From positions 2,306 to 66,305 of IMG/VR virus record IMGVR_UViG_3300042374_000500: DNA of 64,000 bases; one strand, written 5' to 3'. Shown here piece after piece: positions 55,946-64,000 of this stretch. Origin of the DNA: a virus. How positions within the stretch are numbered: the first letter of the stretch is position 1; each line of letters begins with the position of its first letter. Under the pieces are notes generated by a model. The model ran no database searches and had not been told where the DNA came from. It worked only from the letters and a program-made list of their open reading frames with translations. Both the position numbers and the translations under genes were made by a program.

Positions 55946-56146
55946 TCATATTATTTCAAGTAATGCTCTTTTATTAATATAAGCTTCCATTAAGGCGCTT
56001 TCTTGCTTGTAAATTAATCTTTCGTCAGTTTGGTCTTTGGCTAACTTAAATTTATACAAAGCAATAAGAACTTCACAGCAGTTTAGTTGTTCGTTGTTTG
56101 TGCATGAATTGATACAATTCAATACCCAATCTATGTTTCTTTCCAT
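55946..56146 (-). CDS. hypothetical protein
   Basis: ORF in the array. Confidence 0.55.
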   Translation of the reverse strand: MERNIDWVLNCINSCTNNEQLNCCEVLIALYKFKLAKDQTDERLIYKQESALMEAYINKRALLEII

Positions 56147-56147
56147 T

Positions 56148-56351
56148 TTAAAAATTTTCTTTTACGGTTAATATATGAATTTTTCCTATTTTATTGTACT
56201 TTAAAACTTCTGGCAATGCAAGGTTATTTTTAATTCTATATTTTATCGCTTGCTGTGTCATTGGAGCGGTAGGGTGTTTTCTATTTGCCCTAAAATTGTC
56301 AGGATCAATTTTAGCTGCATATTCTTTTACACTAATTTGTTTTGTTTTCAT
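56148..56351 (-). CDS. MerR/excisionase-like HTH protein
   Basis: ISVKEYA...TQQAIKYRIKNN-x-x-LP. Confidence 0.5.
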   Translation of the reverse strand: MKTKQISVKEYAAKIDPDNFRANRKHPTAPMTQQAIKYRIKNNLALPEVLKYNKIGKIHILTVKENF

Positions 56352-56500
56352 TTAACTTTTCTTTTCTTTTTTTAAGTAAATTGTATCTATTAGTAAGGGT
56401 TACCATTTTTTTATAATCCCAAGTATCTGCTATGTTTTTATTTACTTGTTTCATTTCTAATTTTATAATTTTAATAATATTTTTAATTCTTGTTTTTCTA

Positions 56501-56698
56501 TCAATCATTAACCTCTATTGTTTTAATTGTTTCCTTTATTGTGTCTAATTCACCATTTGTTGTGAGGATGTTTAAATACCTTTCAGCTTCTTCCAAGCTA
56601 TGAGTTACACTTCTGCTTACATAAAGTCCATCTTTTTCAATAGAATATCGTACCATTCCATTGATTGTTGTTTCTTTTACTAATTCATACTTTGCCAT
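56501..56698 (-). CDS. hypothetical protein
   Basis: ATG at 56698 (MAKYELV...). Confidence 0.55.
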   Translation of the reverse strand: MAKYELVKETTINGMVRYSIEKDGLYVSRSVTHSLEEAERYLNILTTNGELDTIKETIKTIEVND

Positions 56699-56721
56699 AA
56701 TTGTTTGTTTTTTTTGTTGTT

Positions 56722-57381
56722 TTAAAAATGATATACTTTTGTTGGTTTTCGGCATTTAATCTGCCAATCGTGGTTATTGAGCATTTGAAAGCCATAGGAT
56801 AGCTTTGATTCAATCTTTTTTAATACCAAGCCTTCATATAGGTCGGTTTTAGATATGTCCTCAAATAGCTTTGTAAAGCCATTCATATAGGTAGGGGCTT
56901 TGTATATTCCATTAAGGTTGGTATGGCATAAGTGTTCATACATCTCCAAGCCATTTTCACCTATTTTACCTCTTTGGCAAGGATATGTTTCTTCAAGTAA
57001 ATTGATTCTGGTCAATAGGTCATCTCCAATTAAATATTGGTCAGCCCATACAAGAATATCCCATATGATAAACTTATCTTTTTCTTTGTTGCCATTTTCC
57101 CCTAATTTACCCTTGTTAAGATATTCTCCCGTATAAACATACCATTGATCGGATTGTGCTAACCCTTTAAAATCTATATTCGGGCAATACCAAGCCATTG
57201 GGCTTTTGTGCCGGTTATATACATAAACTTCAGTACCATTGGTAAAAACGATACAGCAAGTACCATTGTACTTTGGTTGCACTAAGTATTCTCCCGTATC
57301 AAAGGTGTCTAATTCTTTGGGTGGTATCTTAAATTCGGGGCGCGGCGGATATATGTAATTGAAATTTAAATAGGGTATCAT
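56722..57381 (-). CDS. stand-alone ATP-dependent ligase nucleotidyltransferase domain
   Basis: Motif I QPKYNG, Ia NRH, III TGEY, IIIa FIIWDI, IV EGLVLK, V WQIKCRK; no OB domain. Confidence 0.8.
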   Translation of the reverse strand: MIPYLNFNYIYPPRPEFKIPPKELDTFDTGEYLVQPKYNGTCCIVFTNGTEVYVYNRHKSPMAWYCPNIDFKGLAQSDQWYVYTGEYLNKGKLGENGNKEKDKFIIWDILVWADQYLIGDDLLTRINLLEETYPCQRGKIGENGLEMYEHLCHTNLNGIYKAPTYMNGFTKLFEDISKTDLYEGLVLKKIESKLSYGFQMLNNHDWQIKCRKPTKVYHF

Positions 57382-57617
57382 ATAAAATATTTATCAAAAA
57401 TTTCGTTAAAAACATTTTGCCTATTAGAAGCTACCGAGTTTACTTCTTCAATAAATTCCTCCCATTGGTCATCCTCTATTCGTATGTTCCATTGGTCGGC
57501 TAAAGATTGCCACATAATCAAAAAATCTTCCATATCTAAATAGGGCAAATGATTGTCTTTAAACATTACATACATAGTATCCCTTAACATTTGGGTTTTG
57601 CTTATTTTTTTATCCAT
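57378..57617 (-). CDS. hypothetical protein
   Basis: Coupled ORF. Confidence 0.55.
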   Translation of the reverse strand: MDKKISKTQMLRDTMYVMFKDNHLPYLDMEDFLIMWQSLADQWNIRIEDDQWEEFIEEVNSVASNRQNVFNEIFDKYFI

Positions 57618-57739
57618 TTTATTATTCTTTTAAGTTCAAAAAATAGGTGGGCGGTTAGAAGTATTGTGATAGCTAATGGTACACAAACGACTATAAAATA
57701 AGTTAATTGTGCTAAAAAAATTATAGTAGCTTTAAGCAT
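57602..57739 (-). CDS. small membrane peptide
   Basis: Hydrophobic 45-aa ORF starting at ATG 57739. Confidence 0.45.
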   Translation of the reverse strand: MLKATIIFLAQLTYFIVVCVPLAITILLTAHLFFELKRIIKWIKK

Positions 57740-57746
57740 ATTTATT

Positions 57747-57941
57747 TTATTTAATATGTGGTAATTGGCATATTCTAACTTCAGTAAATTTTCTACCTTC
57801 ATTATCTTCGCAATTTTGTATTGCATCTATGTAAAAATTAAATAGGTCAGTTTCATCCCCATTTTCATCACAAGCAGACAATACAACAAAATCTTCATCA
57901 TTAAATTCATATAAGGCGTTTATTAGTTCTTTAACTTGCAT
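57747..57941 (-). CDS. small acidic hypothetical protein
   Basis: MQVKELINAL...; typical phage early protein. Confidence 0.55.
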   Translation of the reverse strand: MQVKELINALYEFNDEDFVVLSACDENGDETDLFNFYIDAIQNCEDNEGRKFTEVRICQLPHIK

Positions 57942-57946
57942 ATAGA

Positions 57947-58531
57947 TTATTTTTTAAGTGCTACAATAGGGTTTATTAATTCAAATACTTGTTCGGGGTT
58001 GTCATACTGCATTAAGCGGTCAATACTGCCTTTAGCTACTGAAAAGGTCTTTTCTCCGCTAATTAAGTTTCCCTTGTCCATATCATCTATATCGGGGCAA
58101 TTAAGGATAAGTTCACTTAATACCGCGCCATATTTCTCAACAAGGTCGGCATTGAACTTATACACTACATTTTCAGCCAATAAGCCTTCAAAATTTGCCA
58201 ATATACCGGCTTTATTTTCATCTACAATAGTGTACTTGTCCATACAAATAAACATACAAGTAAATCCCGCTTCATCTTGAATTTTAAAATTATCGGGTGT
58301 ACTGCGCTGGGTACGATATTCTTTCATAAATAGGTCTTTACCTACTGCTTTAATATCTCCCTCAATCATTTTAAGCTCTCCGGTAGCACTATCAATCGTT
58401 TGCTTGAGTTCTGCATACCTTTGAACTTTGTTGCCCAACAAGGGGCTAGAAATAACCTTTTTATCGGTCTTTTTTGTTGTTTCTTTAACTTTTGTTGCGG
58501 ATGCAAATAGGTTGGTTGTTGTGGTGTTCAT
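57947..58531 (-). CDS. hypothetical coiled-coil protein
   Basis: 194 aa with its own upstream motif copy at 58593-58608. Confidence 0.65.
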   Translation of the reverse strand: MNTTTTNLFASATKVKETTKKTDKKVISSPLLGNKVQRYAELKQTIDSATGELKMIEGDIKAVGKDLFMKEYRTQRSTPDNFKIQDEAGFTCMFICMDKYTIVDENKAGILANFEGLLAENVVYKFNADLVEKYGAVLSELILNCPDIDDMDKGNLISGEKTFSVAKGSIDRLMQYDNPEQVFELINPIVALKK

Positions 58532-58609
58532 AAAATAGTTTTTGTTGGTTATGTAATGTAAAGCTAAATACTTTTTACATTACAGCAAAATAAATTAATT
58601 TAATTAAAA

Positions 58610-59185
58610 TTATACAAAGGGGTTTATTTCGTGGGTATCTTCGGTGTATTCGTTGGTACCTAAAATACGATACATATCTTTTTCTTCATCATACCTTACT
58701 TCATTGCCGTCATCATCTACTTGTCTAGGCTCCCCGTATTGCTCCTCTACTTCTTTATTATGGGCGGTTACTCGTCCCGCAAACCATTCTCCCGTTTCCA
58801 TAAAGTAAAGGTCAAAAATAAGGTCTGGAAACATACGGGCAACTTGTCTAATGTAAGGGATTGGCGGACTCCAAGCGGTATCAAAATTAATTGTCAATCC
58901 GTTTTCATCTTCTTCAACATAAGGCTCTTGTGCATCCCATTTACTTCCCCAATTTTCTAACCTCCAAAAATACCAATTATCATAGCCATATTTAGCTATT
59001 CTTTCGGCGTTTTGTTCGGGTGTTATGTCCTCACATATTGCAAGTTCTTCGGGCATAGGAATACATCCGTCCATTAGAAATATATCTACATCCATTGCGC
59101 TTTTAGAAATAGATTTTTGCTTGAACATTTCAAGCTGTTCTTTGTTCCCACTAATTTGTAGGGTGTTACTGCACCAATTTGGCAT
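58610..59185 (-). CDS. DUF1281/YubB ferredoxin-like protein
   Basis: MPNWCSN...NWYFWRLENWGSKWDA...FDTAWSPP. Confidence 0.8.
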   Translation of the reverse strand: MPNWCSNTLQISGNKEQLEMFKQKSISKSAMDVDIFLMDGCIPMPEELAICEDITPEQNAERIAKYGYDNWYFWRLENWGSKWDAQEPYVEEDENGLTINFDTAWSPPIPYIRQVARMFPDLIFDLYFMETGEWFAGRVTAHNKEVEEQYGEPRQVDDDGNEVRYDEEKDMYRILGTNEYTEDTHEINPFV

Positions 59186-59196
59186 AATTTTAAGTT

Positions 59197-59397
59197 TTAA
59201 TTGTTTATAAGATTGTAAATTTCTTCTATTGATTCTATTACATAGTTAGTAGTTATCATTGCTCCTAAACTTCTAATAATTGATACATCCCTCATCATAT
59301 CATCACGATATTTGCTTTTAATTTCAATAATACTTCCTACTCCTATCAATATAGTTTCGTTTTCAGTGTTTGTTAGTTTAATTATTTTCTTTTGCAT
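59197..59397 (-). CDS. FlbD-like small protein
   Basis: IIKLT...ILI...VIESIEEIYNLI; paralog of 60588..60779. Confidence 0.5.
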   Translation of the reverse strand: MQKKIIKLTNTENETILIGVGSIIEIKSKYRDDMMRDVSIIRSLGAMITTNYVIESIEEIYNLINN

Positions 59398-59402
59398 AAA
59401 AT

Positions 59403-59570
59403 TTAATTTAAAAATTGTTGTGTTATTTCATTAGCTTTTTCTTCTTGCAAATAACCTAATAAATTTTCATTAGGTATAAAATTTAAAAGTTCTTCTAAAC
59501 TTTCAATATAATTATCCCTAATATCTTCCTTAATTTGTTCAATTACTTGTAATAATAATTTTTCTTTCAT
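59403..59570 (-). CDS. small hypothetical protein (55 aa, not in the ORF track)
   Basis: MKEKLLLQVIEQIKEDI...TQQFLN. Confidence 0.6.
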   Translation of the reverse strand: MKEKLLLQVIEQIKEDIRDNYIESLEELLNFIPNENLLGYLQEEKANEITQQFLN

Positions 59571-59575
59571 AAAAT

Positions 59576-60109
59576 TTAATTTAAAAATTGTTGTGGTATG
59601 TTAGTATTTAATAATCTATATCCTTGTTCCTTGTATTTTTCAAGTTTATTCTTCAATGTCAATTTAAAGTGGTCGGGGTAATTTTCCCACATTTCTTGCA
59701 ATGGCAATTTGAAGCTAATTGTCCTATATTCATTATCATTACCAATAACAATACCTTTAAGCATTTCTTTGGCTATTTTTTTGTCAAATTTAGCTTTGTC
59801 TTTAGCTTTTAAATAGGCATAGAACAAATCATCCAAATAATGTTCTAATGTCATTTTAATAACACATTTACCATCCTTATATAAGCTACTTTCATACACT
59901 AACGGGGGTAATGATTCGCAATACGTTTCCAATTCGTGTATAACCTCGTAACTAACGCCACTTACCCTATTGTAGCTAGTGCTTCCGCCTTTGCCATCAT
60001 TATTGCAATAACCTACTAATTTGCCATTTAGATATATATTAGCTTGAAAGCAAGAAGTTTCCTCACTTGCCCAATCCGAATACTTAATGTTTTTTAATTC
60101 AATTTTCAT
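59576..60109 (-). CDS. hypothetical protein
   Basis: SEETSCFQANIYLNGK...NDGKGG phage family. Confidence 0.65.
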   Translation of the reverse strand: MKIELKNIKYSDWASEETSCFQANIYLNGKLVGYCNNDGKGGSTSYNRVSGVSYEVIHELETYCESLPPLVYESSLYKDGKCVIKMTLEHYLDDLFYAYLKAKDKAKFDKKIAKEMLKGIVIGNDNEYRTISFKLPLQEMWENYPDHFKLTLKNKLEKYKEQGYRLLNTNIPQQFLN

Positions 60110-60132
60110 TTTTTAAAATTTAGATTTATTAA

Positions 60133-60582
60133 TTAATTACCATAAGATACTTCATCCATTTCCTCTAAAATTCCGTTTATAATTTGATATTGATAATCTT
60201 CTATATCTTCCCATTCAGTCCAATAATAACTATCGTTAATAATGGGAACTCTATATAAATTTTCTTCTTCATCTTCTACTCCATTACTTGTCAATTCTTC
60301 CCACTCTTTTGCCGAGTATTCAGTATGTAAACAACTATCACTACAAAAATATTCGTAGTCAGCAAAATATCCCTCGTTCATTCCTTGCCCGCATTTATCA
60401 CATTTACGGGCATATTTATCCCCTTTAACCACTTCTTCAATAACTTCACATTGTTTCATTTCTTCGGTGTATATACTATCCCCTAGCGCCTTGAATTTAT
60501 CAATGGCTTGTTGCTGGTTGTCTGCCTCTATCTCAAACATTGTTGAATAAGTGCGTAATAATTCAAAATTAAATACTGCCAT
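60133..60582 (-). CDS. DpnD/PcfM-like domain plus zinc finger
   Basis: FEIEADNQQQAI; CDKC...FCSDSC. Confidence 0.5.
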   Translation of the reverse strand: MAVFNFELLRTYSTMFEIEADNQQQAIDKFKALGDSIYTEEMKQCEVIEEVVKGDKYARKCDKCGQGMNEGYFADYEYFCSDSCLHTEYSAKEWEELTSNGVEDEEENLYRVPIINDSYYWTEWEDIEDYQYQIINGILEEMDEVSYGN

Positions 60583-60587
60583 AAAAT

Positions 60588-60779
60588 TTAATTTAATTGT
60601 TTAATAAGTTTTAAAATTTGTTCGGGTGTTTCTTTTACATACCAACCCCCGTTATTATGGGATGGATGCTTTAAACGAGTGCGATTTCCCTCTATAAATA
60701 TTGCTTGTATCATTTCAACATTAAAATACATTTCTTTTGTTTCTTGTGAATAACATTCAGTTAGTTTAATAAATTTCAT
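60588..60779 (-). CDS. FlbD-like small protein
   Basis: MKFIKLT...FNVEMIQAI...VKETPEQILKLI. Confidence 0.5.
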   Translation of the reverse strand: MKFIKLTECYSQETKEMYFNVEMIQAIFIEGNRTRLKHPSHNNGGWYVKETPEQILKLIKQLN

Positions 60780-60797
60780 TTTGTTTAATTTAATTGT

Positions 60798-61001
60798 TTA
60801 TTTGTTTATTTGTTTAATTAATACATCTTGTAAATGTTTAGGCAAATCAGTGCAAGACACTAATAATTCATCTTCATCTAAATCCAAAATGGCTTCATAT
60901 TTATTGCCATAAATAACTACTTGATTTGTATCAACAAAAGAAAACATTTCAGTTTTATCTTTATTGCATATAACATAATCAGTTGAGGATAATTTTTTCA
61001 T
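60798..61001 (-). CDS. hypothetical protein
   Basis: ORF in the array. Confidence 0.55.
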   Translation of the reverse strand: MKKLSSTDYVICNKDKTEMFSFVDTNQVVIYGNKYEAILDLDEDELLVSCTDLPKHLQDVLIKQINK

Positions 61002-61006
61002 AAAAT

Positions 61007-61222
61007 TTAATTTAATTGTTTACTATTTATTTTTTTAAGATTATAAGGGATGCAATCAAGATAAAAATCAAATTCATAGCCATAAATAGCCATTTCCTTG
61101 CCCATTTGGATAAGGTCGGCATATTCTATCCCTTTTTCTATTTCTAGAGCATTGTAGCGGCTTAAAATAGCTTGTATTTTTTTAGGTAGCTTGTTCGGGG
61201 TTTCAAATAGGTCTTTTGCCAT
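61007..61222 (-). CDS. hypothetical protein
   Basis: DLFETP...GYEFDFYLD-x-x-PY family. Confidence 0.6.
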   Translation of the reverse strand: MAKDLFETPNKLPKKIQAILSRYNALEIEKGIEYADLIQMGKEMAIYGYEFDFYLDCIPYNLKKINSKQLN

Positions 61223-61228
61223 AAAATT

Positions 61229-61372
61229 TTAGTTTGCACCGATAACCCTTTTAGCTTCGGTAAGTGTTAAAAAATATTGGTCATTGTATTTCCCGCTTTT
61301 AGATTGTAGCACATAATAAGTTCCTTTTGCGATAATTCTGCACCACTTGTTTTGATATAAAATTTCAGTCAT
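61229..61372 (-). CDS. small hypothetical protein (47 aa)
   Basis: Manual translation MTEILYQNKWCRI... Confidence 0.5.
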   Translation of the reverse strand: MTEILYQNKWCRIIAKGTYYVLQSKSGKYNDQYFLTLTEAKRVIGAN

Positions 61373-61382
61373 AAAAATATTT

Positions 61383-61571
61383 TTAAATTGATAAATAATT
61401 TTCCCAATAATGATTATCCATTTCGGTCTTTAAAGCTTCTTTTAGGGCTTCAATCTTGTTGATAACCGGATATGGGTTTTTAACTTTACCCTCTTTTAAA
61501 CGGGTGTTTAAGGCCTTAATTTGTGCCTTTGTTTTGTTAATCCTTTGCATTGGTGTTAGATGTTTTTTCAT
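61383..61571 (-). CDS. hypothetical coiled-coil protein
   Basis: ORF downstream of the motif copy at 61602. Confidence 0.55.
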   Translation of the reverse strand: MKKHLTPMQRINKTKAQIKALNTRLKEGKVKNPYPVINKIEALKEALKTEMDNHYWENYLSI

Positions 61572-61725
61572 TTGTTTTTTGTTTATTTTTAAGCAAATTA
61601 GAATTAATTTAATTAATGGCCAAAATTATTTTAGCGCATAGTTTAAAATCATAAGCCCGAATGTTAAACTCATAGCTATATAAAAGCTAAAAAATAGGGC
61701 ATCAATTACCTTTGTCTTTTTCATT

Positions 61726-62082
61726 TTAGTAAAGTTTATAATTGGTTAAAAAATTGCTGGCCTCCTCGCTGGATTCGTTATTAACTAGCCAATTTAAATA
61801 TGTATGTATGTGGTTGCCTATTACATTGCCCGTCCTCATAGGGTTGTCCTCTTTCTCGCAAATATCAAGGCGCCCCTCGTATGTTTCCCCGTCTTGAAAA
61901 GTTGCCGTAAATTTTACCTTATTATATCCTCCGTCAAATTCTAGGCTGTCCTCATATACCGGTATAAGGGCTTTATTGACTTCCTCAAAGCTGGCGTATG
62001 CTTTCGGGAACTTATCGTAATTTGCCGTTTTACCTTCCGCCCAATGGATCAAAATTTCTTTTACTTCAATTTGCTTGTTCAT
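61726..62082 (-). CDS. LPD25-like (large polyvalent protein-associated) domain protein
   Basis: IHWAEG...GGYNKVKF...TYEGRLDI. Confidence 0.6.
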   Translation of the reverse strand: MNKQIEVKEILIHWAEGKTANYDKFPKAYASFEEVNKALIPVYEDSLEFDGGYNKVKFTATFQDGETYEGRLDICEKEDNPMRTGNVIGNHIHTYLNWLVNNESSEEASNFLTNYKLY

Positions 62083-62083
62083 T

Positions 62084-62245
62084 TTATTTGGTTTTAATGG
62101 TTAAATTTAAAATATGCTCATAGCTTTCGTATAGCTTTAAAATTGCCTCTCTTTTACTAGGGGCTGTTATTGTCTTGCTGTATTTACTGAATTTGCCAAT
62201 GGCGTTGATTTGGCGCCCATAAAATTTAAAAATGTAGGTTTGCAT
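62084..62245 (-). CDS. small hypothetical protein (53 aa)
   Basis: Manual translation MQTYIFKFYGRQINAIG...LYESYEHI. Confidence 0.55.
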   Translation of the reverse strand: MQTYIFKFYGRQINAIGKFSKYSKTITAPSKREAILKLYESYEHILNLTIKTK

Positions 62246-62261
62246 TTCTTTGTATTTAATG

Positions 62262-62290
62262 TTAAAAATTGGGGCATATTTCAGCCCCTT
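62262..62290 (-). terminator. GGGGC-loop-GCCCC hairpin, copy 1
   Basis: GGGGCATATTTCAGCCCC with a T-run on the minus strand. Confidence 0.6.
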
Positions 62291-62296
62291 TAATGG

Positions 62297-62542
62297 TTAA
62301 TATTTGCCGGTTTTAATGGCTTGAATTTGTTTATATTCTTTTTCGTTGTAGCTTATTGGCTGGAGGGTTACCTCGTTAATATTGAAATCTATTTGCCTAT
62401 TATCTTTTTTTATTGTTATCCTAGTGCCAACAATCTCAAAAACGGGAAATTTTTTGTTTTGCATCCCGTCATAATTTACTTTTACAATGGCGTTAAAATC
62501 ATAACCGCCGGCAATCAATTTTTGTAGTGTTTCGTTTTTCAT
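62297..62542 (-). CDS. hypothetical protein
   Basis: 81-aa ORF flanked by hairpins. Confidence 0.55.
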   Translation of the reverse strand: MKNETLQKLIAGGYDFNAIVKVNYDGMQNKKFPVFEIVGTRITIKKDNRQIDFNINEVTLQPISYNEKEYKQIQAIKTGKY

Positions 62543-62567
62543 TTATTTTTTATTTTGTGGTTAAAAT

Positions 62568-62762
62568 TTACGCAAACATTTTGCGGGCTTCTCCTATAAA
62601 TTTTTTGTATTCATTGGCGCCCATTTCCTCGCGTAGCTCGTTCAATATGCTGGTATAGGCTACATTTAAAAACTTGTTTAATTCTGCGTTGTCTTTGTTT
62701 AGTTCTATTTGCCAATTAACGTCTAATAAGTCCGAAAATAGGCGGCGTGCGTGGTCTGTCAT
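62568..62762 (-). CDS. hypothetical protein
   Basis: ATG at 62762 (MTDHARR...). Confidence 0.55.
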   Translation of the reverse strand: MTDHARRLFSDLLDVNWQIELNKDNAELNKFLNVAYTSILNELREEMGANEYKKFIGEARKMFA

Positions 62763-62780
62763 TGTATTATATTTAAATTT

Positions 62781-62810
62781 AAAAAATAGGGGCATTTTCA
62801 GCCCCTTTTT
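62781..62810 (-). terminator. GGGGC-loop-GCCCC hairpin, copy 2, after ardC
   Basis: GGGGCATTTTCAGCCCC, near-identical to the 62271 copy. Confidence 0.6.
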
Positions 62811-62818
62811 AGGGTTTA

Positions 62819-63730
62819 TTAATCTTCTGCGGGTGTTTCCTCGTCTTGTTTATTTAGTATCAATTTTGCGGCCTTGCTGGCTCTTTGTGAGGCCATTATA
62901 AACAGCTTTTTATCTGCCTTAATTGCGTTTTTCCAATTTTTAAGATACGCGGCGCTGTTTCGCTCGGTGTTTTCGTTATTGATACCAATTTCAGCGCATA
63001 TAAACGCGGCGGTAAGTTCGGCGGTTAATTCTTCGGTGCCATAATCACAAGAACCAAAAGAGGCGGTTTCGTTTACTTCTTTGCGGTTTAATCTGCTTTT
63101 ATGTCCTGTGCTGTGTCCTAATTCGTGGAAAAAAACACTATAAAAACTTTCCGCGCTCTCAAATTGCTCTAACAATGGCATTTGAACATAATCTTTAGAG
63201 GGTTGATAAAAGGCGCTGTTACTTTCTTTTACTGAGGCGCTCAAGGTTTCGTATTTGTTAACATACCCTTTTATTATGCTTTCGCAAAGTTCGTTTTTTT
63301 CGTGCTGGGTGTATTCTATTTGCGGCGTGTTGTCGCTTATTGTTATATTTTCGCATTGCTCTACGTTAAATACGTTATAATAGCGCAAAATAGGTACTTT
63401 TTTTACTTCGTCCTCTTTTGTAGCTTCGTTTGTCTTTGTGTATTCATTTAGCTTCCAAAATACCACCATTGCGCCTTTTTCACCCTTGCGAACATTCCCG
63501 CCCATTTCGGTAACTTGTTTATATGTTAGCCAATATGGGGAGCTATACCCGTACATTTGAAGCAAGAAAAAGTTTATCCCGTTGTAGGGTTTTTTACTTT
63601 TCCCGTTCATTGGATAGCCGCCGCCGTTGGTTTTCCAAGATTTAACCCAAGTTAATTTTTCGGTTTTTTCAATGTCCTCAAGGATTTTGTTTGTTACAAT
63701 TTCGTAAAGGTCAAAATTTGCATTTTTCAT
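62819..63730 (-). CDS. ardC: ArdC antirestriction protein (DUF1738 ssDNA-binding domain plus zincin domain)
   Basis: W-x-K-x-W, YNGIN, WLTYKQ...GGNVRKGEKG, VFNVEQ, HELGHSTGH, EELTAE. Confidence 0.9.
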   Translation of the reverse strand: MKNANFDLYEIVTNKILEDIEKTEKLTWVKSWKTNGGGYPMNGKSKKPYNGINFFLLQMYGYSSPYWLTYKQVTEMGGNVRKGEKGAMVVFWKLNEYTKTNEATKEDEVKKVPILRYYNVFNVEQCENITISDNTPQIEYTQHEKNELCESIIKGYVNKYETLSASVKESNSAFYQPSKDYVQMPLLEQFESAESFYSVFFHELGHSTGHKSRLNRKEVNETASFGSCDYGTEELTAELTAAFICAEIGINNENTERNSAAYLKNWKNAIKADKKLFIMASQRASKAAKLILNKQDEETPAED

Positions 63731-63956
63731 AATAGCTTTTTTTGTTGGTTAATTGATAAGCAAATATAGGGGCATTTATTTATTATTTCAGCAAATTAAA
63801 TGTTAAATTTTTAACTATTTCTTTAACACGTTTAAACGCATTTTAACGCGGTTTTTTTAGGGGTTGCCCCTTTTTGATATGTTACCCTTACCACCCCTCA
63901 GATAATTGATTTTTGAGCAAATTAGATTTTTTATTTATATATAACTAATTGACTCA

Positions 63957-63992
63957 ACTAAATACTTTAGCAATACTAAATCCTTTAGCAAT
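63957..63992. repeat. 2 x 18-bp tandem repeat in the non-coding end region
   Basis: ACTAAATACTTTAGCAAT / ACTAAATCCTTTAGCAAT. Confidence 0.6.
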
Positions 63993-64000
63993 TACCCTAT

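Noticed and set aside
1-64000. Stop-codon reassignment, tRNA genes, integrase
   Set aside because: Long genes are intact in the standard code with TAG used as a stop; no tRNA or integrase was recognised by eye.

Overview
The window covers most of the genome of an AT-rich tailed dsDNA phage with a podovirus-like gene layout. Its host is very likely Bacteroidota, because TAnnTTTG -7 promoter boxes sit upstream of most operons and the replication proteins are of the DUF4373 and BT4734 type. Layout from left to right: recombination genes (YqaJ-like fragment, NinG); a lambda-style replication block (HTH, initiator with internal iteron-like repeats, primase-helicase, SSB); terminase, portal, scaffold and major capsid; ring and muzzle tail genes with GroES; ejection proteins; ferritin; two Gly-Ser/Thr collagen-like tail fibres with S74 chaperones; a ~6.4 kb glycosylation locus; a multi-membrane lysis cassette; and a leftward array of small early genes headed by ArdC. 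The most striking candidate system is phage-encoded protein O-glycosylation of the virion. An Aah/TibC-like O-heptosyltransferase fused to three other domains and a plant SERGT/HPAT-like peptidyl glycosyltransferase lie next to (G-T-S)n fibres, and mucin-like poly-Thr tags occur on at least six other proteins. Other notable signals are a muzzle gene split by a mucin-like gene insertion, a 16-bp operator-like motif in promoters, and exact junction repeats in the early gene array. All family names come from motif recognition by eye; no database search was run.
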